A stretch of DNA of 64,000 nucleotides from Octopus sinensis (lineage: Eukaryota), in contig NC_043015.1 of the NCBI RefSeq assembly GCF_006345805.1, forward strand, positions 14,694,001 to 14,758,000, given 5' to 3'. Under the pieces are notes generated by a model, which was not told the DNA's origin, did not search any database, and saw only the letters and a program-made list of their open reading frames with translations. Positions 29,803 to 42,659 of this stretch are shown here, piece after piece (within the stretch, counting starts at the first letter, position 1; the number at the start of each line of letters is the position of its first letter). Position numbers and translations under genes: made by a program.

Positions 29803-30037
29803 CAGGGTGGCCCAAAAGTAGGCTTATAGTTATTCAGCTATCTCTTTCGCATTCATAAATTAACGGTTTAGATCTTAATTATGAAAAAATATGAAACCAT
29901 TATTCTATGCTAATTGAATTAATTATGTCAAGCTCCCTTTTCGGTTTGTAAGATAGAAATTTAAATGTAATAAAATGCTTTAAAAGAAATTTAAAGTGCC
30001 TATGTCATAACTGTTAACCTACTTTTGGGTCACCCTT
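29803..30037. mobile_element. Tc1-type MITE
   Basis: cagggtggcccaaaagtagg / cctacttttgggtcaccct inverted termini with TA flanks. Confidence 0.7.
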
Positions 30038-30886
30038 TATATATTGGAGTCAAGACACAAAAGGACAGTTCTATAAAACAGATGTTTGAAGAAAGAAACT
30101 ATCAGAATAGAAATACTTCATACAGGATGAGACAACAGCAGTGAAAGGATGAAAATTAGGATGTGGTACAAAAGAAGAAAGTTTAGTAGAACATTGGCCA
30201 CGGAAAGATTTATAGAAAAAGTATTTATAGAGATAAAGATAAATGTCCTCGTGATAATAGAGGGGTTGAAGTTTAGTTGATAAAACAAAAATTAGTAATG
30301 TTAGAAACCCGCTTTGGGATTTGATCAAGAAGAGGAAAAACACAAGCAGTGATATCAGCCCAAAGTTGACAACAGTATTCCATGCAAAGAGGAATAAGAG
30401 ACTTATAAAGATGAAAAATACAGAGGAAAGATAATAAAGAGTTCAGTATAAAGAACTGACCTCCATAGCAGCTGATGGACTCTCCTGTCGAAGACAATGT
30501 ATGAGTGTTCAGCTTTTACCAAACGACCTGCACAAATGATTTGTTTATAGTGATCGAATGTATGTGTTATATATTAGTTCATTCTCTCCATCAAATCGAT
30601 GTTGCTTAAACAGGTGCATGGTGTACTATGTGTCAGGTGTTGAAGTGATTACAGAGCAACATGAGATAAAGAGTTTTGCTCAAAAACACAATGCATCACC
30701 TGGTTTAGGAATTCAAGCTGCAATCTCATGATCATGAATGTAACATCCTAACCACTAGGCCATGCTTATTATATTACAGGCTAATATAATCATTCTAAAG
30801 GATATTTTTAAGAAAAGTTAAACCTAAAAGGAAAAATACTGTTAAACATAGGAACAAGAATATCATTATAGTTCCTGTAATTTTAA

Positions 30887-31140
30887 CCCTTTAACTGCGA
30901 AATTAAATTTTATGGTTATTCCAATAATGATTTTAAATACCAACCAAAAAATAGAATTAGTATTTTCTTTGCAAGTCTCTTAAACTCCATAAACTTGACA
31001 CATCTTAACAAAAAATAGAAAAATAGTTTCAAACATAACATTCATCAACAAAAGATAGGGATTGTTATATAAAACTGCTTTCAATTGTGTAGGGTAATGA
31101 AATTTTGAAATAGATATTTGATTTCTACTGTAAAAGGATC
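30887..31140. mobile_element. piggyBac-like MITE, another family
   Basis: ttaa-ccctttaactg start and gtaaaaggatcaa end; related copy at ~62811-63050. Confidence 0.5.
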
Positions 31141-31320
31141 AATGGAAAGTAGTTTAATTTTTGTGGAGTTAAAAGTAACCAGTGATACGGTTATTAATAT
31201 GGCTACAAGTGGGAAATGGAAGCAAGCAGATATGCTTAAATTCTAAAAATAATACCGACGGGGTTCTAAAATTTTTTACCACTAAGTCATGGACAAGTTT
31301 ACAAGTATATGCCTCTTTAA

Positions 31321-31529
31321 CCCTTTGATACAAACCTACCTGAAACTGCATCTGGCTTTGTAGTACAAATGTCTTGTTTTCAAAATTTCTGAATTAAAAT
31401 CTTAGTCACAATTTATGTTCCTAACACTAGCTTAATGATAACTAAGTTATTTTAGTAAATTCTTTGTTATATTTAAAATTAATTGAAAGAAACACAGAGC
31501 ATTTCAACAGGAATATAGTAACAAAAGGG
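31321..31529. mobile_element. piggyBac-type MITE
   Basis: TTAA-ccctttg ... aaaaggg-TTAA; partial related copy at ~34690-34840 in the opposite orientation. Confidence 0.7.
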
Positions 31530-32776
31530 TTAAGGGATATTTTAAATCAATTTTTTAGTTTTCATCATTGGAAGTTCGGTTGAATAAGTTCTTAGCTGGC
31601 ACTATATACATGGCTTCTTAATGTTTCTATTATAATTATTTTTCTGTAATAGAAAAATTATCCTTTAGTATCCATTTTCACACTGTCCATGTTAAGAATT
31701 GAACTGCTCTTTCTGTGGTTCTCAACTAAGATCCATATGGTCTTTGGAGGTCCATACAAGATTTTGTTGTTAAAATTTATCTATAATATAAATATTGTTG
31801 TCTTTGTGTGTGTGTAAAAGATTATAACAGTCGTATTTTTCAATTAATTTTCTCCAAATTGGGAACATACATTGCTTATGTTCCAGGAATGGTTTTAGAC
31901 TCTTAAAGTTTTTCACATATGAGTAATAGGCCCCCTGGGGGCAGTGGTCATAAAAAAAATTGCTTTTTATATTAGATTCACATCTTTGAAAGTTTTTTAC
32001 AATATTTCTGGTTTTCTAGCATCAGTGCCATCTCTGTCTCTCTATCCATCTCTCTCTCTCTCTCTCTGTATGTATCTGTCTATATCTTATCTATCTATCT
32101 ATCTATCTATCTTATTTGTCTAACTAGCTAGCTCTCTCCCTCTCTCTATATCTCACTCACTCTCTATTGTTTTCACTTTTATTTTACAGATGCTATTATT
32201 TTCACTGTAAGTTTTCAATCATTATTTACAAATAACAATGACAAACTAGTTACAGAAAGAAGTTCACAATTACTGATGAAAGTTATTTCATACATAATTT
32301 ACTGACAGAAGTAACTTCATAAATTTCACTTCAATCCATACACTTCTTTAAATTTTCCTACAAATTTCTTATTTGCATTTGCAAAGTTTTGTGTTTTTTT
32401 TTCGTTGTTGATGGAATTACTGATAAAAGTAAGTTCATAATTTACTGACAGAAGTAACTTCAAAAATTTCACTTAAATTTGTACATTGAGTTAATATCCC
32501 TAAAAATTTCTAATTTACTTTTGCAACAGCTTTGTGATTTTCTGTTGTTAATGGATTTTTGTTTTGGTTTCATCAAAACTGGCTGTTTGGTTCCTTCGAT
32601 ACTGGCTCTTTGGTTCGCTGACAAATTTCACTTCAATCTGTATAATTCTTTATTTTCTGTAAAAATTTCTTATTTACTTTCTGCCCGTCATATTAAGAAA
32701 TATAATTTCCTGTACCCAGTTATTTTCATTGTTTACTATCTTCTGCACCCATGTATTTCTGTATACGTATATAACC

Positions 32777-33340
32777 ATGCCTAAAAGGAAAGTGTCAAAT
32801 TTGTCTACAATGTCAAAGTCAGCTAAAAGAATGTCTCTATCCAGGGAAAGAGAGACAGTTGCAGAAAGGGAAGCATACCAAGAAATGAACAAACTATGCA
32901 CTACAAAGGCCAAAGCATCTCAAAGTGATGAACAGAGGTATGCACGACTGACAAGAAATAGGATCTCCACCGCAGAATGAAGAGCAGTTGTAACAGCTCA
33001 GAGAAGCAACTTCTATGAAGCAGCTCTCAATTATGATCCAGCAGTTCATTATGCAGATAACACTAGAGTTTCCACTGGTGCAATGACAACTGAGTGCATA
33101 AGGTTAAACTCCCTGCCATCCCCCCAACCTCCAGAGCCATTGAAACAATTGTTGTCATCAACTGACCAAGATTCCAAGCATTTCCAAAACAAAATTAGAT
33201 AATACTGCACCACAGATGACATCATTTGGAGCCACAAGAGATTTAATGGATCCAGGATTCATGCAGACTTTCAAGATCCAAGGTCATATTTATCATTGGA
33301 TTGGCTCTCTACTACCTCTGTCAAATGAATCAACTATTCA
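32777..33340 (+). pseudogene. Helitron RepHel ORF N-terminal relic
   Basis: MPKRKVSNLS...; AALNYDPAVHY; PPEPLKQLL; SKHFQNKIR*Y; QMTSFGAT; GFMQTFKIQGHIYHWIGSLLP. Confidence 0.8.
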
Positions 33341-35005
33341 TTATTTATAATCTGTACCTGTTTTTTGGTTACAAAATAAGCTACACAAAACGTGTTTTTG
33401 AATTACATGTATTTACTTTATTTACATATACAAGTTGGAAATTTTCTTTTAACATTTCACTTAATGTCTATGTTCCATGCTAGCATGGGCTGGAAAGTTA
33501 TTAATGTAGAAAGTTGGTATCTCAGCTCCTAGCAGTTTAGATCCACGTAATCTAGACAGCGTTTTTAAACTTCATTATTCTGGATATTTCTGCTAGTCTT
33601 CAAAAAATTGGTTATACTTTTACAATACACAAAATGTTTTAACAATTATTTTTATGCAATCTTAAAATAAAATAGGATTTTTTTTTAATATCGAATGGCT
33701 AGGAGGGCTCCCATGAGTAAAATAGGAATCTAAGGGGTCTCTAGGTAAAAAAATTGTTGAGAAACACTGCTCTATATGGTCAGCTGACTTGCTAGATATA
33801 AAAGTTAAGTATCACTGAGATCACACCTCATCCTATTTGAAAAAATCATTAGATAATGTGTTCCAGGTTTTTTGCACAAAGTAAAAAAAATTAGGATGAC
33901 CATCCCTGGAATGCCTTTGATTATAGTCTGTCCTGATTTCGGGCTAAACAAACAAACATAACTTCATACTTGTTTTGTCACTACTGATTTTTATGTTTCT
34001 CCCTTGAGTAAAACTTTTCATTTGTCTGTATACTAATTTCTAAGAGGTATCCTGTTTGCTCTTTGTAAATCTTAACTAAAAATGCAGAGAATCTTTCAGA
34101 TTTTCCATGTCTGAAGTGACTTTAACTCTGGTGAGATACCTGCAGCATGTACTGTTATTCTTGGACTCTGTCCTAAAGTTGTATTGATCACAAATTTGTT
34201 ATATCTTCTCTTTCATTACGTAAAGAATAAATGAAATTTTGATTTTATCTCTGCTCTATTCTCATAAATGATGTAAGTGTTTAACACTGTAGTGGGTATT
34301 AATTTTCCTGATATAGCCTTTTTAGGATGATTTTTTTACAGATGTATCAATATTAGAACAGATTATTTAGCTTGATACTGTAGACATCTAACACCTTTCT
34401 TAGCACTGTAGAAAATGGACTTGTAATTTAGGCAGAGTTCAGTGGATGTTAGCTTTTAACAATGGATCTTTTCAGACCTAATTCTGCTACACCAAGAAAT
34501 TTATCATCAGATGATAACAATGTCAGGCTAACTCTATATGCTCTATTAATGATATACAATCTGATAAAGACTATTGTATAAGACTTGAATGTTTCTCCCA
34601 GGCTGTTAAGATGTACCTAGTTTTCTCAGTAAACATCAGATTAAGCTTTTGTTACCATGTTTCTATTGAATTACACTGCCATTGTGTCAAATAATTTGGA
34701 AAATAATGAAGAATTTTAAAAGATGGTGTTTGGGGCTATAAATTTACATGAGATTTTGATGGAAAGTTTTAATGTAGAATATTTTAAACAGAAAGTTTGA
34801 ACCAGGGGAAGTCTCAAGTGGGATTGGTACCAAAAAAGTATGGGGTGTTGTTGAAGCAGAGTTGCTCATTCTCAACTGCAATGTGTCATTCATGATTCCC
34901 TATTCTGGTAACCATTCTCTAAGCTGCCTCTACTTTGAAATAATTTTGTAAGCTATTTTTCTTTTGTTTTAATATCATTTTTTTGGTTTTTAAAAAAATA
35001 TTTAT

Positions 35006-35395
35006 AGGTGCAAGAGTGGCTGTGTGGTAAGTAGCTTGCTTACCAACCACATGGTTCCGGGTTCATTCCCACTGCGTGGCACCTTGGGAAAGTGTCTTCT
35101 ACTATAGCTCTGGGCTGACCAAACCCTTATGAGTGGATTTGGTAGATGGAAACTGAAAGAAGCCCATCATATATATGTATGTGTATGTATATGTTTGTGT
35201 GTCTGTTTGTCCCCCAACATTGCTTGACAACCGATGGTGGTGTGTTTACATCCCCATAACTTAGCAGTTCGGCAAAAGAGACCAATAGAATAAGTACTAG
35301 GCTTCCAAAGAATAAGTCCTGAGGTCGATTTGCTTGACTAAAGGTGGTGTTCCAGCATGGCCACAGTCAAATGTCTGAAACAAGTAAAAGAGAGT
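35006..35395 (+). mobile_element. SINE family A, full length
   Basis: Same head, body and tail. Confidence 0.85.
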
Positions 35396-35685
35396 GTTTT
35401 TTGGCTTATTTTTGCTTCTGGAAAGTTTCTTTATTCAAACAACAGTGCACAACAGTATCAGAAGTAATGGAGGTGGTGGTGGTGGTGGTGGTGAACATTC
35501 AATAGAATAAAGTAAGTGGAGTTAACTCATTCAAACTGGAAAGTGAAACAGGTCTGTAGACTCAGTTTGCTGATTAAATAAAAACTGCAACTACAGCAAC
35601 AGTAATAATAAAGAACTGATGGACATTGATAAATTTGAAAAATAATCAGTTGTAGTAGTTGTAGTGTTGGTAGTGGTTGTAATAT

Positions 35686-35917
35686 AAGGCGGCGAGCTAG
35701 CAGAAACGTTAGCACGCCAGGCGAAATGCGTAGCCGTATTTTGTCTGCCGTTATGTTCTGAGTTCAAATTCCGCCGAGGTCGACTTTGCCTTTCATTCTT
35801 TCAGGGTCGATTAAATAAGTACCAGTTACACACTGGAGTCGATATAATTGACTTAATCCATTTGCCTGTCCTTGTTTGTCCCCTCTATGTTTAGCACCTT
35901 GTAGGTAATAAATAGGT
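35686..35917 (+). mobile_element. SINE family B, full length
   Basis: Matches 45498-45725; other copies at ~2130-2350(+), ~10400-10740(+, two partial) and ~28960-29165(-). Confidence 0.8.
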
Positions 35918-36075
35918 AGTGGTTGTAATAGCAGTAGTAGTAGTAGTTGTAATAGTAGCAGCAGTGGTAATAGTAGTAGTAGTAGCAGCAGCAGCAGTGG
36001 TAATAGTAGTAGTAGCTATGGTGGTAGTGAAGGAGGTGATAGTAGTAGTAGTAGTAGTAGTAGTAGAGCAGCAGT
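35915..36075. repeat. (AGT/AGC)n trinucleotide microsatellite
   Basis: Seen directly. Confidence 0.9.
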
Positions 36076-36984
36076 TTTTCGCCATTTGCTAATTCCCTTA
36101 ACAATAAAGGTGTCTTCATTGTTGCAGAAATGATTATTACCTGGGACCAAATGTATCCATGAATAAATCAAATTATAATGACATTTTAATGTACCACCTT
36201 TATTGTTTTGTATGCAAATAAGTCGAATAAATTATCTGATATTTTAGTGGCTGAGCTTTCTAATTGAGTTATGGCAAGAGCATCATTATAAGTATGGTAT
36301 TATGCTCTCAAATTTTATGCTATCCAAATTTGGGGGAAATGTAAGTTTCTGTTTCAAGTAGCAGAATTAGCAGGAAATACATTTTTTATAAAATTTAATT
36401 TTTTTTCTTCTTGAGAAGCATTAAATTTTTGTGGAATTTGTCTCGGTTATTTTAGCTTAATAGATATTCTTTTCAACCAGTTTTGAAATTCATAAAAACA
36501 AATTGATTTTTATTTGTACAAGTTAAATAATTTGCATAATTTAAATAATGATGTCTTACACATGTGAACATGCATACATGCATGTGTGTGCGTACGCATA
36601 CACACACACAAACTTTATTCTAGAGAATATTAGTAAATTTATAATACCAATACTTTGCTGACAATTGTAGCATGACAAAGCTATTAATCTCAATTAGGCA
36701 CAAAAAGTGGGGTCAAAAATTTCTCTGATGTCAAGTTATAATAATTTTCGCTAGACCATGGTAATCTTTTATCTTGTACTTGTTTGAGGCCTTGGATTGT
36801 GGCCATGCTGGGACAATGCCTTGAAGGGTTTTAGTCGAATAAGTCAACTCCAGTACTCATTTCTTTAAAATGTGGAATTTATTCTTATGGTCTCTTTTGC
36901 CAAATTGCCAAGTTACAGGAATGTAAACAAACCAGCACTGTGGTGTGTAAGAGAGACTACTGCACTGGTATGGTCATGTGTTAC

Positions 36985-37685
36985 ATATGGATGAGGACAG
37001 CTGTGTGACAAAGTGCCACACCCTAACTGTAGAAGACATGGGATGAGGTGTGAAGCATGACCTTCGAACGTTGGGCCTCACACAGGCAATGACAGTATTC
37101 TGAGACCTTTGGAGATATGCTGTGATTAGAAGACTCAGCAGCTGAAGTGAGATCACAGCCATGGCTGATGCCAGTGTTGCATGTCCAGCCCATTTAAGAG
37201 TAGTCCTGATGCATCAGGCAATATGATATGCTTGAAAAGACCTGTTAAATCAAGTAAAACCAAAATCGTAGCTGTGGCCAGTGCCCCTTGACTGGCTCCT
37301 GTTCCAGTGGCACATAAAATGTATCATCCGAATGTGATCGATGCCAGGGCCACCTGACTGGCTCTCATACTGGTGGCATGTAAAAAGCATCATCCAAACA
37401 TGGCTGATGCCAGTGCCCCCTGACTGGCTCCCATGCCAGTGGCACGTAAAAAGCACTAGCCGAATGTGATCAATGCCAGGCCCGCCTGACTGGTTCCTGT
37501 GCCTGTGGCATGTAAAAAGGACCCACTACACTGTTGGAGTGGTTGGTGTTAGGAAGGGCATCCAGCTGTAGAAACATTGCCAGATCAGACTGAAGCCTGG
37601 TGCAGCCACTGGCTTTCCAGACCTCAGTCAAACCCTCCAACCCATGCAGTATGGAAAACAGACATTAAACAATGATGATGATAAT
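36985..37685 (+). mobile_element. RTE LINE 3' fragment inserted inside a SINE
   Basis: Decayed KTWDEV.KHDLRTLGL coding end, 3'UTR repeats and a (GAT)n tail; SINE halves at ~36760-36945 and ~37690-37840. Confidence 0.75.
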
Positions 37686-38201
37686 GGATGACTACTTTCA
37701 ATTTTCATCTACCAAATTCGCTAGCAAGGCTTTAATCAGCCCAGGGCTACAGTAGAAGATGCCAGTGTGTCTCACTGTGAGACTGTACCTGAAACCATGT
37801 GCTTGTGAAGCAAACTTCTTAGCACACAGCTATGCCTGTATATTTCCAATCATTTCACTTGACTGTTTTTATTGTGAGTTATTTGTACTTACTACATTTG
37901 GGTTTTAAACACTCCAAAGAAGAGTTTTAGCCTACTAATTACAAGGATAAACTCATTGCAATTGGTAGACATATACAAAGCCCTACCATATTTCTTTCAT
38001 TTTTTACTTATTTTAGTCATTATACAATGCTAGGGCATCACCTTCAAGAATTTTAGTCAAATGAATGGACCCCAGTACTTATTTTTTTCAGTTAGGCATT
38101 TATTCTATTAGTCTCTTTTGCTGAACTACTAAGTTACAGGGTCGAAAACGCATTACTACCAGATGTCAAGCAGTGGTGGGGGAGAAACAGAGATAGACAC
38201 A

Positions 38202-38250
<49 letters not shown>

Positions 38251-39150
38251 CTGGCTTCTTTCCGTTTCTCTCTACTAAATCCACTCACAAGGCTTTTGAT
38301 AAACCTGAGGCTATTGTAGTAGACACTTGTCCAAAGTGCCATGTAATGGGACTGAACCAAGAACCACGTATTTGGGAAGCAAACTTCTTACCATGTAGCC
38401 ATGCTTGTGCCTATAAATATAATATCAATAGGTGTGGGCATGGATGTATGGTTTGATCTCATTGCATGGCACCTTGAGCAAGTGTCTTCTACTATAGCTC
38501 TGGGCTGACCAAAGCCTTGTGAGTGGATTTGGTAGACAAAAATTGAAAGAAGCCCATTGTGTGTGCGTGCACATGCATGTATGTTTATGTGTACCCTTGT
38601 CTAAACTTCCTGTGATGATTATAAATAAGCATCACCATCATATAAGCTAGATTGTCCAATCTTCTGGGAAAAACCTATCTGGCTATGGCGAAAATGCCTT
38701 ACTTGGAAATGAGAGTTGGTGACAGAAAGGGCATCAAGCTATAGAAAATTTGTCTCAAGAAATTCTGTCTGACCCGTGCAAGCATGGGGAAGTGGATGGT
38801 AAATCAATACTGATGATGATGATGATGATGTACTGGTGTTGAATTTCAATCTTGTTTGGGTTGGCATTTTACATAAATGGTGTCCCAAACATAAATTAGA
38901 TGTAAGAATAAAAAAAAAACTGGTTTGTCAAAAACAAAAAACAAATCATGTGCTGCTTTTACATAAAACTTGATTATCAAATAATTGTATTTTTCTTACC
39001 TTTACTTGTATTTCTTTAGTCAATAATAATATTTATAAGTATCTCTTATATCCCATATAATAATTATGCAATGTTAAACTGATGTAATATACAATGATTG
39101 CAGTCTATTTGAATGTTTTGATGCTATCTTGTATTTTCTTTTGCTTGTAG

Positions 39151-39203
39151 GATATTATAATAGCTGTCCGACGGGCGACTGCTTGCATTTCACTGATAGG
39201 ATG
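39151..39203 (+). CDS. Candidate internal exon (53 nt) of an unidentified host gene
   Basis: Acceptor tcttgtattttcttttgcttgtag, donor ATG|gtatgt, CpG-rich against the AT-rich flanks; two open frames (DIIIAVRRATACISLIG or YYNSCPTGDCLHFTDRM); product not recognised. Confidence 0.55.
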
Positions 39204-39578
39204 GTATGTTCAGATAATTTTGTTTCAAATTTATTTCCTGAATCATTTTAAGTGACTTTCGTTTTATATCAACGGAGGCACGACTCTGTGATAAAGAATT
39301 TCTCTTTGCAACTACATGAATCTAGGTTTGATCCCACTGCATATGTTATTGGGTACATGCTTCTAACAAAACACTGGTTTCAACAAAAGCCTTGTGAATA
39401 ACTAACATTTTGTTGACAGAAACATGTGGAAATCAATTGTGTGTGAGTGTGTGTGTATCTATGTATATATATATATATATGTGTGTGTGTGTATGTATAT
39501 TTATGTATATATGAGTGTATATATGTATATGTGTCTTTGTATATATATATATATATATATATGCATACACACACGCAT

Positions 39579-39790
39579 GATAGAGTGCTGAAAAGTTCCT
39601 GGCTTTGAGTAAAAGAAAATACAGGAGGATCAGTTAATTATGATTTTATTCAACATATTGCCCTCTCAGATTCACACACTGCAACAATCCTTCAGTTTTT
39701 CTAAGACCTGTAAAGGAACTCAGAAGGTTGGGCCTCCAATTGGGCATTTTGTGATACCCTTAAAACCAGGAACTTTCCAGCACCCATTCA
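39579..39790 (-). mobile_element. Mariner-derived MITE (same family as 1787-2003)
   Basis: Same TIR and interior. Confidence 0.75.
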
Positions 39791-39951
39791 TATATGTATA
39801 TATGTATATGGGCACAAATATAGTTATGTAGTTGAGATGCTTGCTGGTTAACCATGTGGTCTCAGGTTCAATCACACTGTGTGGCACCTTTGGTAAGTAC
39901 TTTCTACTAAAGCTATGGAGCGACCAAAGCCTTGTGTGTGTATGTGTATGA

Positions 39952-39984
<33 letters not shown>

Positions 39985-40112
39985 CAGCCATCCAACCTTA
40001 GAAGATCTATCTTAACAAATAATATCTGACATGCAGAAGCATGGAAAAATGGATGTTAAGTGATGCTAATGATGATGAACAATATAAAGTATGTGTGTGT
40101 GTGTTTTGCACA

Positions 40113-40149
<37 letters not shown>

Positions 40150-40188
40150 TATATACTTTATTTAAAGCAGCAGAAAATTCAACAAAAT

Positions 40189-40226
40189 CTGTTACTCTGA
40201 GTTTCTCGTTGCCGTTCATCAGACAG
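40189..40226 (-). ncRNA. Minimal type-I hammerhead ribozyme motif, - strand mirror copy
   Basis: Reverse complement reads CTGT-CTGATGA-A-CG-GCAA-CG-A-GAAACTCAGAGTA-ACAG; stem II is closed by a GCAA (GNRA) tetraloop. Confidence 0.8.
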
Positions 40227-40242
40227 TTTTTTCTAGCAAAAA

Positions 40243-40280
40243 CTGTCTGATGAACGGCAATGAGAAACTCAGAGTAACAG
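40243..40280 (+). ncRNA. Minimal type-I hammerhead ribozyme motif (Penelope-like-element type), + strand
   Basis: Stem I CTGT(40243-46)/ACAG(40277-80); core CTGATGA 40247-53; short stem II A-CG-GCAA-TG-A; GAAA 40264-67; stem III ACTC-A-GAGT (palindromic, 1-nt loop); cleavage triplet GTA 40274-76. Confidence 0.8.
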
Positions 40281-40545
40281 ATTTTGTTGAATTTTCTGCT
40301 GCTTTAAATAAAGCATATTACTCTACCACTGGTATTTGAGTACTCTTTTTTCCACCTTGTTTCACATTTATGTGTTTACTCCGGGGTATATATATATATA
40401 TAGTTATATTTGCGGATGGTCATTTAGTCAATAAGCACATGTATTATTTACTTAATCTTCACTTTAGCTGTATTATTATCAGTTACAGTGTATTTGTTAG
40501 AGTTCTTTTGTCACATGTTCTGCATATTTATGTGTGTGTGTGCAT

Positions 40546-40587
<42 letters not shown>

Positions 40588-42659
40588 GTACAATTACAAG
40601 TCACTAAGTCAGATATAATTTAGAGATAGGAAATATGTATAACTTACAAGAGCAATTCAAATCTTTATATAAATCATGTTTGAAACTTGTAGATTTCGTC
40701 CAGACTAATACACCTGCACTTTTTTTATTTTTACATTCAAGGGTGCAGCATAATTAATTTAAATCTCTCTGATGTACGTTTCTGCTGCTTAGACATCTTG
40801 CAGCTGCACTTGCATCCAGTTTCATTCACTACAAATTAATGAGTCTATCTAGTTTTATTCAAGGTTTTACCACTGTTGTGGTTTGAAGCAAATTAAGGGT
40901 ATGTTGGTTTAGCAAACATTATATTTGATAGGGAACTATAGTTTTTGAGTGCAAAGAATGGGTGAGAAACATTTGGAAACCTGATACAACAATAGTAAAT
41001 GTTTATGAGGCTGACCCTATAATGACCCTAGGTTTGAATTTCAAATCATGATTACTAAATTCTTAATTAAATCAGAGTATATTTCAACCACTAGTCTTAA
41101 GTGAATTACAAATTACAAATAGATGTGTTTCAGAGATATATGTGTACAATTACAAGTCACTAAGTCAGATATAATTTAGAGATAGGAAATATGTATAACT
41201 TACTTATAAGGCCAATTCAAATCTTTATATAAATCATGTTTGAAACATGTAGATTTCGTCCACTTAGATATATAGTAAATTGTTTCATATTTGGAGTTTT
41301 ATATATGAAGAATACTAATTACTACTCGGATATAGACAACTAGATATTACACTGACATTTACCATTCAGACTTTAGCTTTTCCTATATATGTGGTGCTTA
41401 CTTAATCAAAAATCCTTTCTATAGAAATATTTGAATGCCTTTGTCTAAAGGTGTGTACAGCCTTCAGATAGTTGCTGCTTATGATTTAGTAACTGGTGTT
41501 TAGATGTGAAAATATGGAATATTTCTTCTAGGCATAAATTGCATCTTTTTCTTTTGTTTACATAAGGCTCTGCCCCACATATTATTTCTCATTCTATGTT
41601 AAAGATATGTATAACTTACATATTTCATAACTGTATCACATGACAGTGGCTAAACCTTGGATAAAGCTTACTTTAGACTCTTAAGCAGATGAATGAAACT
41701 AACATTTTTGTTCAGTTTAACACAAAAATTTATTGCATAGTAAGCTTCCAAATCATCTTCATGTCCCAACTGCAAACTAGAAAACTAGTCAATTGTGACA
41801 AGCAGTGTTTAGTAGAGTGTGTTCAAAGTGCTGTTACAGCTGTCTCCTTCAGTTTGGAATTAAACATTTGACAGATCAGCTTATTAGATGTATAATGGAA
41901 TACTAAAATTACAATAAATCAGGACAGTTTAATTGACAGTTTTAATTGCCTTTCCCAGGAAGTCTCAAAACTTCTGGGATGCACCTCATACATGGCTACT
42001 TATATTTTAGTTGAGAGGATAAGAGAGTGTTCCGGTGGAGCTAGAGAGAGATAAAAATAGTGGTCGTGAAATGTCTGAGTACACTCTGGAGGTATGAGGT
42101 GAGTAGAAGTGAGTGTAGAGAGAGGGACCTATGGGTGGATGGAGGTTGCAAGTATGTATGGTGGACTGAGAGAATGAATGTAAATTGATGAGGAATGGGT
42201 GAGGACCAGGCAGTAGGTGGTAACTATCATGATTGGACGGGGTTGAAAGGTGGATGTGGTGAATACCTCAGAAGGAGTGGGAAATAACCAATGATGCATG
42301 AGGTGGGAGAAGTAGAGTAGAAGGTGAGTGACAGTACAGAAAAAAAAGATTGGGTAGAGCAGCATAACAGTGGCTATGAAACAGTAGACAGGGGAGGAAT
42401 GAGAGAGAGAGAGATAACATGTAGTTGGGTAGGTTGCTGTGAAGAAAGAAAGATGGTGAAGAAAGAAGCATGTGTAATGCATGAGCAGAGTGAGAAACAT
42501 ATGGTGATGGAGTACCCACACACACTTACTCACACAAACACATCTTAGCACTCCGTTGGTTACGACGAGCACAAACACATAGAGGCACCAACAGAAAGGA
42601 TGGGATCAATATAATGTGTGGGTGGAGAGAACTATTTATGGATGAAGGATAGATAACAT

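Noticed and set aside
34791-34909. Open exon-like frame KFEPGEVSSGIG... that would phase-link the candidate exons
   Set aside because: Its acceptor and first half lie in a piggyBac-MITE end related to 31321-31529
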